Below, in pieces: positions 24,298 to 37,168 of a DNA stretch of 64,000 bases. A program made the translations under genes and the position numbers. Numbering within the stretch: the first letter of the stretch is position 1; each line of letters starts with the position of its first letter. Source of the stretch: Lytechinus pictus (Eukaryota); contig NC_087251.1 of assembly GCF_037042905.1 (NCBI RefSeq), forward strand, positions 9,364,001 to 9,428,000, given 5' to 3'. Under the pieces are notes generated by a model. The model was given only the letters and a program-made list of their open reading frames with translations, did no database searches and had not been told where the DNA came from.

Positions 24298-27200
24298 ATG
24301 GCTGGGATCGACAACGATGACAATCAAAGCGTGAGTGACAAACAATGAAAAGTTACTAAGTATATAAGTAATAACTTTTGCAATGTATCACCGAAGGTTG
24401 TACGCGATTGTATTTATTTTTCGTTCAGTCCCATCAATGTACATTTACGTCAGTAGACTAAGTTGTTCGCGGTGGTGCGTGGAGTCACTGGAGAGCAAAG
24501 AGCAGTGCACAGGAAAGTACAAGGCACAGCACCCGCAAAACTTTAATGGAATTTTTTGTTATTTAGACACTAGATCATACATTGTTAAAATAATGACATC
24601 ACTTTTTTCTAAATTAAAACTGAATTCCCGAACGATATGAAGCCACATTTCGCTCTTCGTCTTTCATTTGTCTTTCTATTACTATTAGTTACTAGTTAAA
24701 AAATTCTATAAAAATGATGATATAAATTATAAGGAGGCTCGATAGCTCAGTCAGTAGAGCGGGGGTTTCGGATTCCGTTGACCCGGGTTCGATTCCTAAA
24801 TGGTGCGCTAGTGCCCTTTGGTAACACCCATGGGTTCATATCATCTCGCGTGCGAAGGAATATCAGTCATATTCACGCGACACATCCAAAATATACTGGG
24901 CTTTTGCCCACATAAAATATCACGCATAATTCTCCTTGAAACCCTAACCCTAACTTCTCCTTGAAGTTTCTTTTTAAAAATATGTATATTTTCTTGATCT
25001 TTAGTGAAGATTTCACGGAGATAAAAATTGGTTAGTTGTTGTTGTTGTTGTTGAATATGATGGCGCTCTTCAATCTCTCCAGATTATACGCGCCAGTCAC
25101 TTTCGTAAGTAGGACGTCGTCGGCAAAGGAGATCCATACGACGTTAGACCATTGGTGACGATTATATGACATATTAATATAGATTAGTCACCCATCCACC
25201 TATTATATTAGTAGGTCCTACAAGATTAAACATCTTCGAGGAATAATACTTCAATACAAATAGAGAAATTAAATATCGCGCGTGCTAAATGATTGTTCGT
25301 GAAAAAGGGCACACCAGCTAACCAATTGGCTACTAGTTATATATTTATAGAATTTCTTAAAATATTCGTCAAATAACAATTCAAATGTGATATCACATAC
25401 AATTACACGTCCTTCTTATTATTTTGTCTTGTCTTTTCTTAGTTTTTTATTAATACAATTTTTAAATCCTTCTTGTGTTTGACTAACTGTAAAAACGGTT
25501 AGTGGCATATATAAAACATAGTAGTTCCCGTGTATAATCGGGATTAATTAACAATTGTTTAAGATTCGGGTCATTCATCTTAAGTTTATTAAACATAATG
25601 CGTCTCTCCTTTACATATTTTGAACAAAATAAAACATAATGTTCAATAGTCTCAAATTTTTTGCACACATCACAGAGGCCGGAAGAGTGCTGTTTAATTT
25701 GAAACATAAAATAGTTTAATTTGCACTTACCTACTGTGATTTGATGAAGGAGGCATTCCTCTTTCCGAGAAAAACCTTTTCTATATGCCTGCTTAAAAAC
25801 ATTATAATGAATAGCATATAAAAATCTACCATTTCTAGACGCATTCCAATCTGCTTGCCAGACACTTTTATAAAATGTCATGCGTGAGCATGTGAGTTCA
25901 TTTATAGTGTTTGGTAAAACGATGTCTAAAAAATTTTTCGCGGCTCCTTTCTTGGCAGCTTTATCGACGATCTCATTGCCGTTAACATCACAATGTGAGG
26001 GAATCCATTCAAAATTAATACAGATATCTTTCATACTGAGTTTATGAATTTTAAATAAAATTTCATTAACAATGGTGCATTTTATGAAATATGAATCAAT
26101 CACATTCAGCGCTGACAAAGAGTCGCAAAAAATTACAACTGAACATGGTTTATCAAAGGATTCTAACCACTCAAGTGCCATTAAAATGGCCAGGAGTTCC
26201 GCTCTCATGATACTTACATTGGATAACCTGAAATACTTTTTTATTTTATATTGAGGAACATAAAATGCTGCCCCCGTTCTAAAATTTTCCTGTTTGGATC
26301 CATCAGTATATATATGTAAATAACCATTCCACACAATTCCAATTCTTTCTAGAACGATAGCTTTCATCTCGGCCGTTAGCATATCCTTTTTTCTAATTAT
26401 ACGATGAGCACAAAACGACACAGGGGAGCGGGACAAACGCCATTCCGGGATTCTTGTTAATAAGTTGTCTTGCTTCTCTACAAGTACCTCATCACTACAG
26501 GCTCGAAGTTTGAAAGGTCTTTCCCCTTCCTTCCATTCGTGTCTGTTCGTATGTTCAATGAAAATTTCTCTACTTGGATGGCATAAAGTGCTAAACAACA
26601 AATAATATCTAAATTTATCATTAAACAGTTTTCTCCGAAGATACAACGGTAATTCACCAGTCAAAACTTGTAAAGACTCTAATGATACATTGTATATCGT
26701 TCCTGTAATGATTTTCAAAGCTCTATATTGTATAGAGTCAAGCTTTTTCTTATGAGATGTACAGGCAGAATCATACATTTCCCTTCCATAGTCTAAAACA
26801 GATAAAATAAGACCTTTGTATATCATCATCAAAATTTCATACCTATTCCCCCAGGACGTACCCGAAACGCAACGTAATAAATTTAATCTTTTCTTACATT
26901 TATCAATAATCGCATTAATGTGGCTAGACCAAGTTAGTTTTGAGTCTAACCACATACCAAGAAATTTGAACTGCTCACAATGAGGCAAAACATGCCCATT
27001 TATTTTCAAAGTAATATCTTTCTTTTGTTTATTGGTAAAAACTAAAACTACAGACTTTGTGTGAGAAATATTTAATTTCCATCTCCAGCACCAGATTTCG
27101 ATTTCATGGAGGGCTTCTTGCAGCTTTTGGCGAACCAGATCTAAGTTTGAGCTAGTAAACCAAATCGCGATATCATCTGCATAACATGATAGCTTTACTC

Positions 27201-30200
27201 CACTTTCTTTAATCTTTAAGTCATTTAACATCAATGTAAAAATGACAGGACTTAATGAGCTCCCTTGCGGGATTCCGTGCTCTAATACATACTTGTCTGA
27301 CATACTATTGTTAACTTTCACGTTACAATATCTATTTCTTAAGAAAGCTCTAATAAAGAAAAATAATTTTCCACTAATATCTAACATTGACAATTTTTTC
27401 AAGAGACCTCCTTTCCATAACGAATCATACGCCTTTTCCAGGTCTAAAAAAACTGCCACGGTATATTTTTTCTCCTTCAATGCTAAATGAACATCTGTTT
27501 CAATCCTGACTAAATGATCTTTGACGCTACGATATTTGCGGAATCCTGATTGAAGTGGGTTTAACTTCTTCTTATTATCTAAAAACCAATTCAGACGGTT
27601 TTTAATCATTTTCTCCATGACTTTAAACAGGGTTGATAATAAAGAAATTGGTCTATAGGACGACACTAAACTAGGATCCTTTCCAGGTTTCAAAATAGGT
27701 ATTTGAACAACTTCATACCACTGACAAGGGAAATGTGAAGTTTTCCATATGTCGTTGTACAGATCTAATATGACATCAAGCGCTATTTGGGGTAAGTTTT
27801 TTAACATAATCGCATGAATATCATCCTTACCTGGCGCTGAGTTTTTCAAATCTTGTAAAACATTCTTCATTTCATTCATGTTAAAATCATCATTAATGCA
27901 GTCATCATTCGACATTTCTTTACATAAATTATCTTCATTTTCACCATCATCATGATCATTATTATAAAAAGATCTGTCAATAGACTTGAAAAAACTTAGC
28001 GTGGATATCAATTTTCTCCTAAAGAGGGCGCGCGATTTATATTCATATCAAAGACACAACAAGGGAAAGACTAGGCACCTACACTATTTTACACGCAAAT
28101 CGACGCAAGGCATTACGCGAAGTCCGTGAAGTGTCCAATCTTTTCATTGTATAGACTTTGGTATACCGTATTATTGACGTTCGTTAAAGCTTGTACTGCT
28201 GGTTTCATTCCAGGCATGTGTATTTTTTTTTTATTAGTCATCGTTTTAAATTAATTGCAAAAAAGTGTCATCATCGCCAATAGTAATCTTGAATTATGTT
28301 TTTGAGGTATTTCATTTATTGGTGCCCATAATTAGTAAATTAATCATAAGAATTGCGCATTCAAAGAATTTAGACACAGTTATAAAATTACCGAGGAGCT
28401 GAATCAAGGTTGTGAAATTTATTAGCGCCACCAACGGGCTTCCTTGTATTTCCGTAGAAGAGACAAAGGAAGTCACTTGCTAGGCCGAGGTAAGCGAAAT
28501 TTGCTCTTTTTATAATGAAGTTATTTCCAAATCATATATGTATAATTTTTTAATGTATTGCTACTTACCGGAAAGAGCCCCGGTGCGTAGCGAGAAGGAG
28601 TTTCGGCAAATATTACTTCAGCAATGAAGCGATGTTTGCCGACTACTTCGAAATCCAGGGTCAAACACGGTCCCTTGTACGAGGTTAGTATACCATATAC
28701 TAACCTCGTATTAGTGTGAGTGCTTTGGTAAGGCATTTATCCTCATTACCAGACACTCACGTATTGCGAGGTTAGTATTAGTATACTAACCTCGCACCGC
28801 ACCATGAACCGCGTTTGGCAGTGGATTTCTAACTAGTGGGTCGCGCGTGCTGGGATCCCATTTCTGGTGTCCACAACACACGACTTCTATGGCTTGATTT
28901 TTCTCTGCGCGGCAGCATGTAATGAACCCTTGGGTGATTACCAGGTCCCTCAGAGAGGATGTTAATCCGTTGGTCCCCTGGTTGCTTGCTCACAGGCATT
29001 TGTGCTTTCTTAGCAGTCAGGTAAAAACCTTGGTATAAAATACTCTTGTCTCGATGCCGAAGAAGGTTGAATCTCACATCCGGACTTTTTGCGTATGATC
29101 TGATATATGTAGAGAGCTGCGAGAGGGCACGTGATATTATTCATACGCTTGCTTGTTTACATTGGAAGCTTCTGTTGCATTCTAGGCACTCAGTATTTTT
29201 TTCCTCTGACTGGGTCTTGTTTTTTCGCTGTCAAAAATTGGCGTACTTCACCTATAAGTTTTTACATTAGATGCGACCCGTTGATTTTTTTGTACAATTT
29301 CCTATTATGCGCTGACGAATTGAATCGAGACTGTAAGATCAGAAAAATTCACATTTCGATTGTTGTTTGATTGAGTTCCACCGCAGTATGAAAGGATCTT
29401 CCGAGGTTCTTGGCCGAGATGTGTAGGTAAGCGTTAAAAAAATCATTTTTAAAAACAATTTTAATATATTTTTATCATAAAGTTATTGAATATCTTAAAA
29501 GTAATGCAGTTTTTGTAAGTATAGAAAGTTTTGGGGCGTTTTATTCCCCCACATTCATGTGATGAAGGAAACATCAAAATCCTTTGTCAAACGACATGCA
29601 TTGTGCGAGGTTAGTATAGCATACATGTACTAACCTCGCATGTGTGTGAGTGGAGCATAATCTTGTTCATTGAATGAGTGGTGGAGAAAGGTGTTTTGCA
29701 CACTAGGCACACGAGCGAGAGACTACCGTATATGTATTCTATTCTCGGGGGGGGGGGGGGGGGGGGGGGGTTACTCACATGAATATCGCATACGGGGATG
29801 TGCTGCTCCAGTGGGTCGTTTTTTCAAAAAAGTCCTTAGACATGGCCATGGGTCTTGCTGTTGCAAGAAATCCATAGCCGTGGGTCCTATTTTTCAACTG
29901 AATAATCCTTAGACATGAGTCCGTTTCTGAAAAACAAAACAGATGCTTATAAGAATCCCCAGGAAAAGCCCCGGAAATGTCTTTGTTAGTGGCCAGTTGG
30001 CCACTGAATATAGCACAAATACAATTTGTAAACTTGCGACTCACTGCTGTAGATCTATATTGCAATATATCTCTTAGTCTTACGATGCCTTCAAAATTTG
30101 CCAGATTATTAAATGGCCTAGGGTTGATTTGGTTTTGTTAGATTTTATGTGCAGATTTTCCTTTGGTGCAATTGTTGCCTGAGCAAATGTCATGGAACCA

Positions 30201-33200
30201 TCGATCACATTCAGATATTCCTGTGATCATGGTGATAAAGTAATTCAAAATGCGACTAATTCAGAAGTTTGGTTTCCTTGTATGAGTGGCAAGCATGGCA
30301 AGTTGTCAAACCCAAATGGGTGATTTTTTTTCTAGTTTCCATAATGCAGAAAACTAGGGACTTAATGCTAAGGCAGCCAACAACTTTGATGTTCACATCC
30401 TATATAGTACCCATTAACACCTACATGTAGATGATAATATCACTTGTCATCCTATCAATTCGAAAACCCTCCTCCCCCATCTTTTTTTTTCCAGGGGGGG
30501 GTTCATTTATTTAAATGTTCATTCCAGTGTATTTCAAAAGGAAAGTTGTATCAGTAATTGTGATACTGTTTACATGGGACCCCTGCATAACAAAAACATA
30601 CAGAGTTATTAACACTTCTTTGAACATATATATGTTGCACTATGAAACATAAGCAAAGTATTGAAAGTAAAACAAACAAAAAAATGTTTGCTTATCAGAA
30701 TCATTCAGAAAATCATATATGAACCATTTGAAAAAATCCTAACGCCATACTAACATAATGTTTTAAAGGGAAAACAACCTGGTCATATAATGTTATGTAA
30801 GAAAGGAGAAATATAAGTATGGCAGAATGATAAAGTTTGAAAGAAATCGGACAAACAACAAGAAAGTTATGACTGTTTTAATATTGAGATCCCTAAGACT
30901 GTAGCTTTCAAATGGGCAACTTGGTAAAAAAAATTAGGATAAGTGGTAGGACCAACTTTCCCATAGGCCATGTACTTAATTATCAGGGATTTGTGGTTTT
31001 CTCCTTCGTACCTATTATCCATACCAGGGGCAGTAATGATCTAACACAGGTAACATATTTTTTTGTCCTTATGAAAGAAAAATATAATCTGAAGTAAAAT
31101 TGTTGAAAACAAAATGGCATTTTAGATATTTTATTTATTGGAGTAAATGGAACAATAGTCCTTTGGCTTTGCAATCACTATGACATCACCATTGTGGCCA
31201 ATTTAAAGTCTTTACAGGTATAGTGATTACAATTTATAACATTCATAACTTCCTTAATATTGTTTGTCTGATATTGTTCACCTTCTGCCTTTCTTATTTT
31301 TTTAAAGCTATTTGTTGTATTTTTATTTAACCTCTAAAAACAACTTTTAATTTGGGTTCGATTCCCCTTCAGTTTCTGAATGATGTCCACTGGAATTTCC
31401 AACCAGCTATAATATCAACTGTTATGTTTGTGTTGTACATGAAAATAACTATGGTATGCAGTAGAGGGCCAAGCTAATTGTAATGATTTTTCCCCCTAGG
31501 AATCTTGGTTGTCTCGTGTAACAGGAGAGATCCATGGAGTACCGTGCATGAGAACAGCATTCCTATATGGCATAGGTGGAGGGTTCAGTGTTGGGCTGGC
31601 TACATTTCTCTTTACAAGTAAGTATTAAGGAAGAGTCTAGGCTGAAAATAGTAACGTGTAAATAAATTAGAGTAAATGAGCAAAAAACTGAAAATCTTGT
31701 CAAAAATTTGATTTGATAAAAATATTAAACAAGGTTAATGTATCTTGAGGATTAGTGCCCTCAAATTTCCTTTTCTTATTTTATTACATGAAATCATAAT
31801 TGTTTCATATCTTCATGCATCCATATTGGAAAGCATGTCTCCCTTGTAACAAAATAATGATGATCTTAGTCAATCCTATATTTACATTCATGGAGGAAAA
31901 AGTTTGGATAATTGTTATTTCATGTAATAAATTTATGGGGATACTACATCATTATCTCGCTCACTGTATATCCATGAAGATAGTCATATAACTGTTCCAT
32001 CAAAACAATTCAAAATGTAATAAACTGTTATATTCCATGATTTTCAAATAAAACTTTCAGTGTTTTTCTACAAGTCTGGTTTTACTCTGTTGAAATCATA
32101 TTATTATTTCAGAGTACCACCGACCCCCCCCCCCCCCCCATTTGAAAGGGGAAAAAGTAGTTTGAGTTAGATTGTCAATCCTGCATGTTGTATACCCACA
32201 CTGATATCAAATTCACTTGGATTAAGTAGAGATAAACCCAAGATAAATCATTACAAAATTCATTAAAAGCCTTTCTAGTAATCATTATTATAGCCTATCA
32301 TTATTTAGACTTTGCATACATGTATAGCCCATGTTAAATTTGTTCATGTCACTGCAAAATTTAAGAACTTCCAACTCACTGTAATCCATAATTTCCTTGT
32401 TAAATTGATATCACACCAAAAATAAATGAAATGGAATGAATGGAAATAAATGTAATGAAAAGAATTAGAAGTTCATGTTTTATATTTATAGATTCAGATT
32501 TTTAAATTCTTTAAATTTGTTAAATTGAATAGATCTGTTTTGCTTGACAATGTACATTTAGCTAAAAATGCAGTAAAAGCTAGAAAATAAACTATTTTTT
32601 AGGAATGGAATTTGTATGTTTTTTTTTTGTTAGAATAGGAACTGCCATTTGAAACTGTTTCGAAAGAAGTGTTCAGTTCTACACTCAGTACACTATCTCT
32701 TCATGGACTTCTGAAGAATTTATATCACCACTTGACTTTATACTTTCACAGATTCTTGGCAAAAATGTCCTATTTGAAGTTTAAACTTTATCCCTCCCAC
32801 CTTATGGTTTTAAAAATATGAATACTTCACATCAAAATAACCTTTTCTATATTATTTTTTACTATAGGCCGTGTGAAGCGCTCAACTGATATGGGTGTCC
32901 TTTCATTTGTTGCAGTCACCTTAAGCTCGTTGTAAGTTATATACTGTGGTGTCTTTGATATTGTAAAAACATGAATTACTTCTATGATAAGTACCATTTT
33001 TAGAAAAGAAAATGTATGTATTTTAAAATCTGTGTAAACAGTCTCGATTAAAAATGATATTAAATATAAAATACATACATTCTCTGGTTGCTATAGGTAG
33101 CAAGTTCAAAATGTCTTGTGAAGAACATGTTGAAGAATATTGAAAACAGAATCTTCTGCATCCATATGCATTGTTTGTAAATTTTGGAGGTAAAATTGAA

Positions 33201-34186
33201 AGCAACATATTAGTCTTCGAAAGTGATTATTAATATTTTTTAACATTTTCTGGAACACAAGGCTTATGATGTGCAGGTACACAGGAGTTGTACTTTAGTT
33301 GAAAAATACACTCAATATGCCAACTATGTAGGTAGGTTTTATTGCGTGTCTCATTTGCTTTAATTCTCTGATATTGGAATATGGTTTTGATTACATGTGA
33401 TTGTACTTCAAAACCTTTATTTTTGTGTGAGGTTATAATTTTTCACAATTTTCAGATGGAAATGATTATTGAAAGTATATATCCGGTTCAAAGTGATGGA
33501 ACCCACAGCTCTAAACTATTTTGAAAAACATTTTTTGTTCCATGTACTGCTTTGGAGCAGCTTTTAATCTATACTTGCATTTCAGTTGTGTGTATAGTTT
33601 TGCCTGACATAGTATCCATACCTGAATAAAAAATTATTCATAATTATTCATAAAAGTAGAGTCAAAATCCAAAAGGACTAGGTTTCCATCCATTTCACCA
33701 CTTAATTCTTTCAAATTTATTTCCTTTGGAAGTAGAAAAAACAAATTCAACACACGAATGCAAATATAATGAGAACTCAGGGTACCGAGAGTCACAATAG
33801 AGCCCCTTTTCAAGGCACACAGATTGAAGTGTTCAGTGCAGTAAATACTCGGCTGGTAAACGGTGGAAATGCATAAAACTTAAATTGTGTTAAAACCTCA
33901 TGAGCTTTCCATCAGGGTATAATTTAACTTTTTCTTCCAACAATATTTGTGTTAAAGAGCAAAGAGAAACACAAAGATAAATATTAGTTTCAGACTTTCA
34001 GTATTTTTATTTTTGTTTGAATTCTTAACAGTCTTCTCCAATGCTATTAAGCCCATCTTGTTTATTTTTTGCAGCACCTACTGCAGATATAACCGTGCAA
34101 AAATGACCATCCAGCAGCGGAGGTTTCGAGAGCTTCAAGGACTTGAACCTAGGGAAGTTTCACATCAATATAAACCAGAGAGATGA
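24298..34186 (+). CDS. COX20: Cytochrome c oxidase assembly factor COX20 (FAM36A), join(24298..24330,31500..31617,32868..32931,34075..34186), 108 aa
   Basis: Spliced translation MAGIDNDDNQS-ESWLSRVTGEIHGVPCMRTAFLYGIGGGFSVGLATFLFTS-RVKRSTDMGVLSFVAVTLSSF-TYCRYNRAKMTIQQRRFRELQGLEPREVSHQYKPER*. The xPCxR..LYG, FLFTS, two TM segments and CRYN motifs match COX20. All introns are GT-AG with compatible phases 0, 1, 2. Exon 1 is the least certain. Confidence 0.92.
24825..28722. mobile_element. Unclassified DNA element with asymmetric CAC..GTG ends and 9-bp TSD, carrying a nested LINE
   Basis: TSD CTTTGGTAA at 24816-24824 and 28723-28731; left end CACCCATGGGTTCAT; right end has a 15-bp hairpin (28678-28710) followed by TTAGTGTGAGTG. 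Confidence 0.8.
25420..28011 (-). mobile_element. 5'-truncated non-LTR retrotransposon (I group: I/Nimb/Ingi-like) with RT + RNase H; ORF 25483..28011, 842 aa
   Basis: RT motifs SAPGKD, YRPISLLS, QSGFR, FLDLEKAYD, GIPQGS, YADD, FLG; RNase H motifs YTDGS, RAELLAI, FCDSLS, WIPSH..GNEIVD; C-terminal CxxC..H..C knuckle. No endonuclease domain. A-rich 3' region on the - strand. Confidence 0.95.
28754..28936. mobile_element. Short (183 bp) member of the same asymmetric-end family, opposite orientation
   Basis: TSD ATTACCAGA / ATTACCAGG (8 of 9). Starts CACTCACGTAT plus hairpin TGCGAGGTTAGTAT..ATACTAACCTCGCA; ends ATGAACCCTTGGGTG. Confidence 0.8.
29310..29652. mobile_element. Third, partial member of the asymmetric-end family (hairpin end only)
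   Basis: Hairpin TGCGAGGTTAGTA..TACTAACCTCGCA at 29604-29640, then TGTGTGTGAGTG; patchy similarity to 28390-28680; left boundary not found. Confidence 0.6.
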
Positions 34187-35531
34187 TATCCACCTATTAA
34201 AAACTGCTGCAATGTACATAATATATGATTTAAAATATTTGTGCGAATCATGATAAGAGGTGATAAGTTTGTAAAGGTAAACTCTTATCCCCTAAAGAGG
34301 TTAACAATAATATGTATGGCATTTGAAAGTATGATAAACCTCAAAGAACTTTGTCTTGTATTCTCCAGGTGTTTTAGGTAGAAACTACCTTAATTTTGAA
34401 GTGCTCTTACTGGTATATCAAGCAGTCTATGCCACTGGTTGATTATAATAAATCTTCACAATAATGATATGAACAGTATAGTTCTCATTGACCCCATCCT
34501 AAGTAAACTTTCTTGAACTGGTTCTTGATCTTACAACTTATGATATCTGAAAATTGTATATTATGCATTGTAGTTTTATAGTATCAGTATACATTGTGAC
34601 TGTGTCATATTTTGATATCCATGCAAAGGACCCTACAAAAGTGACAAATCTGAGTCAACATTTGGAAACAAAATTCTTTCTTGATTTCCTGTCATTTTTT
34701 TTTCAATTTCTCATTTTCAATCACTTGCTCACAACTTGTCACATATTCCTGTACATGTTTGTCTTTAAAATATGGTGATTATTTGGTTCAATTTAAACAC
34801 AGGAAAGATGACATAAAGAAGTAAATTGAAATTAATAAATTCAAAAATATGGTTCAGATCTGCTACATAATATGTAGTTCTGATGCAGAAACTATAATTT
34901 AACTGCTAGTTTATATCATTGATCATTTTCCCTTTCCCTGTATTTCAAGCTTTGAGTATATCACTAGTACTCATTGGTTCAGGGGCTGCGGAACCAGAGG
35001 GTAGCCCCTCTCCCTTCCCATTTTTTCCAAAACCTTGTACAAAAACATTGTAATTTTTTGCATGGAACCCCATGAAAATCAGAGAGTTGTTAGGAAGAAG
35101 CTGTATCTCTTGTAATTTATGCAAAAAGCATTGATGGGTTCTGAAGCGTAACAATGGAATTTGTAACATGCTACTTGGCTTTGATCTTCAACTCAGCACA
35201 CGGTTATACTGTTGTGATTTTTTCGGGATCCTAGTTTTTAGTACCAACTTTGAATTTATTGGTTAAAATGCAATACAAATTATAAAGCTCATCAATAATG
35301 GCAAAAGGACATCATCGGACAAGCTTGTCAGAGTTAGCACTGTGCCAATATTATAATTTGCATACCAGAGTCGATCAAAATTAGCCTTTTTTATAAAAAT
35401 TCAATATTTGATTATGTTCCAATAATTTGCACTCAAGTTAATGTCCTGTCCTTAAATCCATGATTCACAATCTTTGATATAAGGTACTTTGCTTGTGACC
35501 GTTTTTACTTTATTGGGATATTTTTTGCAGT

Positions 35532-36635
35532 TTTTATTTATTTATTTATTTATTTATTTCTGATATTTTGACAGGGTAGCCCATTCACCAATAAGTAGTG
35601 GTCTTCCATGAGGCCCTGAATAACAAACATATTTACAAAATGCATAACGTATGTACAGAATGTTACATCATTAAGATTCACATTAGGATTTGAATGTAAA
35701 ACGAAACATTAACAAACTTAGCAGCAAACAAAACGCAGACGGGCACTCGTTTGACGTATAATAAAATATCAATAAATCAAATTAATTAAGAAGGACATCT
35801 TGAAAATACTGATAATATACACCAAATCATCAAGGTCATGCTAACACAAAATAAGCACAACAGTGGATGTTCCGCAAGTTATTTATAAATTACAAGTTCT
35901 TTTAAACATTCTCTTAAATGAAATGACAGAAGGAGCTGTTCTAATTGAATTATCAAGCTTATTCCATTTAAATATTGAAGATACGATTGGACTACACTTA
36001 TAACAATCAGTGCGAAACTTGGGCACGCGTAAATATCCACTGTCTCTCTGTCTGGTATGATGTTCATGTACATCATTTGGATTGGTTAAGTTTACCTGAA
36101 GGTAAGAAGGTGCTAAATTATGGACACATTTAAATATCATCAAAACGCGACTGAGCTCAAATCGTTTGTCTAGTGTCATCCATTTAAGACTTGTGAACAA
36201 ATCAGCCGACGGTGTGTCGTATGTCTTGTTCAATATAATTCTTGCAGCCCTCTTCTGAATTTTTTGCAGCTTAATTGTATGGGATTGAAATCTATTCGAC
36301 CATACAGCAGAACAGTAATCAAATCTTGGCAACACTAAACTGTTATAAAGCAACTTTAAGGACTGCACAGGCAAAGAACTTTTCGCTCTCTTTATTATGC
36401 CAATGCTTTTCTGAGTAAGTTTACATACATTTTCTATTTGTTTTGACCATTTCAGTTCTTCATCTATCAAAACTCCTAAGCATTTGGTGAATTGAACTCT
36501 ATTTATCAAATCACCGTTTAACAAAATCGTGAAAGAATCTATTTTCCTGAGATTAGCGCGAGAACCTATTATCATGACACAAGTTTTTTCAGTGTTGAGG
36601 ACGAGCTGATTATCTTTAATCCATGCCATGACCTT
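35532..36635 (-). mobile_element. 3' fragment of an L2/CR1-group LINE with (TAAA)n tail; ORF 35883..36629
   Basis: RT C-terminal motifs LNTEKT, KCLGVLID..LKW, LYNSLVLPRFDYCSAVW, LQKIQKRAARII; 3' stem-loop region 35572-35619; (ATTT)n at 35533-35559. Confidence 0.9.
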
Positions 36636-36825
36636 GTTTAATGTAACAAATAGTAAATAGTTGAAAATAGTAAAGAATTACAAAGTTTGTGTTTGTTCAT
36701 GAAATGCAATAACATATTTGACCATTTTGAGGATATCACTAAAAGGGACAGCGAAAGGTTGCTGAGACATGGTGTACTGATTCGAGAGTTTTAAACCCTT
36801 ATTATTCAACCATTCTGTGAAACCA

Positions 36826-36985
36826 GGGGGCTGTTTCATAAAGCTGTTCGTAAGTTAAGAGCGACTGGTGATTCTTTCTTATATACGCGCTAAACCATTG
36901 CCAATGAATCTACCATCAACAAGAAAGGTTCACCAGTCATTCTTAAAGTCGCTCTTAACTTACGTACAGCTTTATGAAACACCCA
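36826..36985. mobile_element. MITE, PIF/Harbinger-like (GGGGGCTGTTTCATAAAG..CTTTATGAAACACCC)
   Basis: ~40 bp TIRs; related elements at 37793-37941 and 55372-55564. Confidence 0.75.
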
Positions 36986-36991
36986 TCCGTA

Positions 36992-37168
36992 CTGACAGCA
37001 CAGAAACGTTGTTAGCGCTAACAGTGCACTAACAGAGGCCCTGTTACAACCGGTTATGTGGCAGCATTGCATAATGTTGTAACAATGCATGACTTAACAA
37101 TCCAAAAGATGTGACTGGGCTTACTGTTAGCGCTCTGGTAGGCTAACAACGTTTCTGTGCGGCCGGTG
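36992..37168. mobile_element. Small MITE
   Basis: GCACAGAAACGTTGTTAGC ... GCTAACAACGTTTCTGTGC inverted ends. Confidence 0.65.

Larger units (their letters stand above)
24733..29030 (+). mobile_element. tRNA-derived SINE split into three pieces (24733-24824, 28723-28753, 28937-~29030) by two DNA-element insertions
   Basis: A box TAGCTCAGTCAG and B box GGTTCGATTCC. Removing the inserts gives the continuous SINE-like body GTGCCCTTTGGTAAGGCATTTATCCTCATTACCAGGTCCCTCAGAGAGGATGTTAATCCGTTGGTCCCC. Confidence 0.75.

Noticed and set aside
24733..24810. Functional tRNA gene (also considered 13774-13833 and 56470-56543)
   Set aside because: A/B boxes are present, but acceptor stems and T-run terminators are not convincing; two continue into SINE bodies.
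24939..24954. Telomeric repeat (CCCTAA)2
   Set aside because: Only about two units, inside a transposon; not significant.
25483..28011. RT ORF as a retron/DGR/defence RT or a domesticated gene
   Set aside because: Motif order and C-terminal knuckle are those of an ordinary non-LTR ORF2, truncated at the 5' end.
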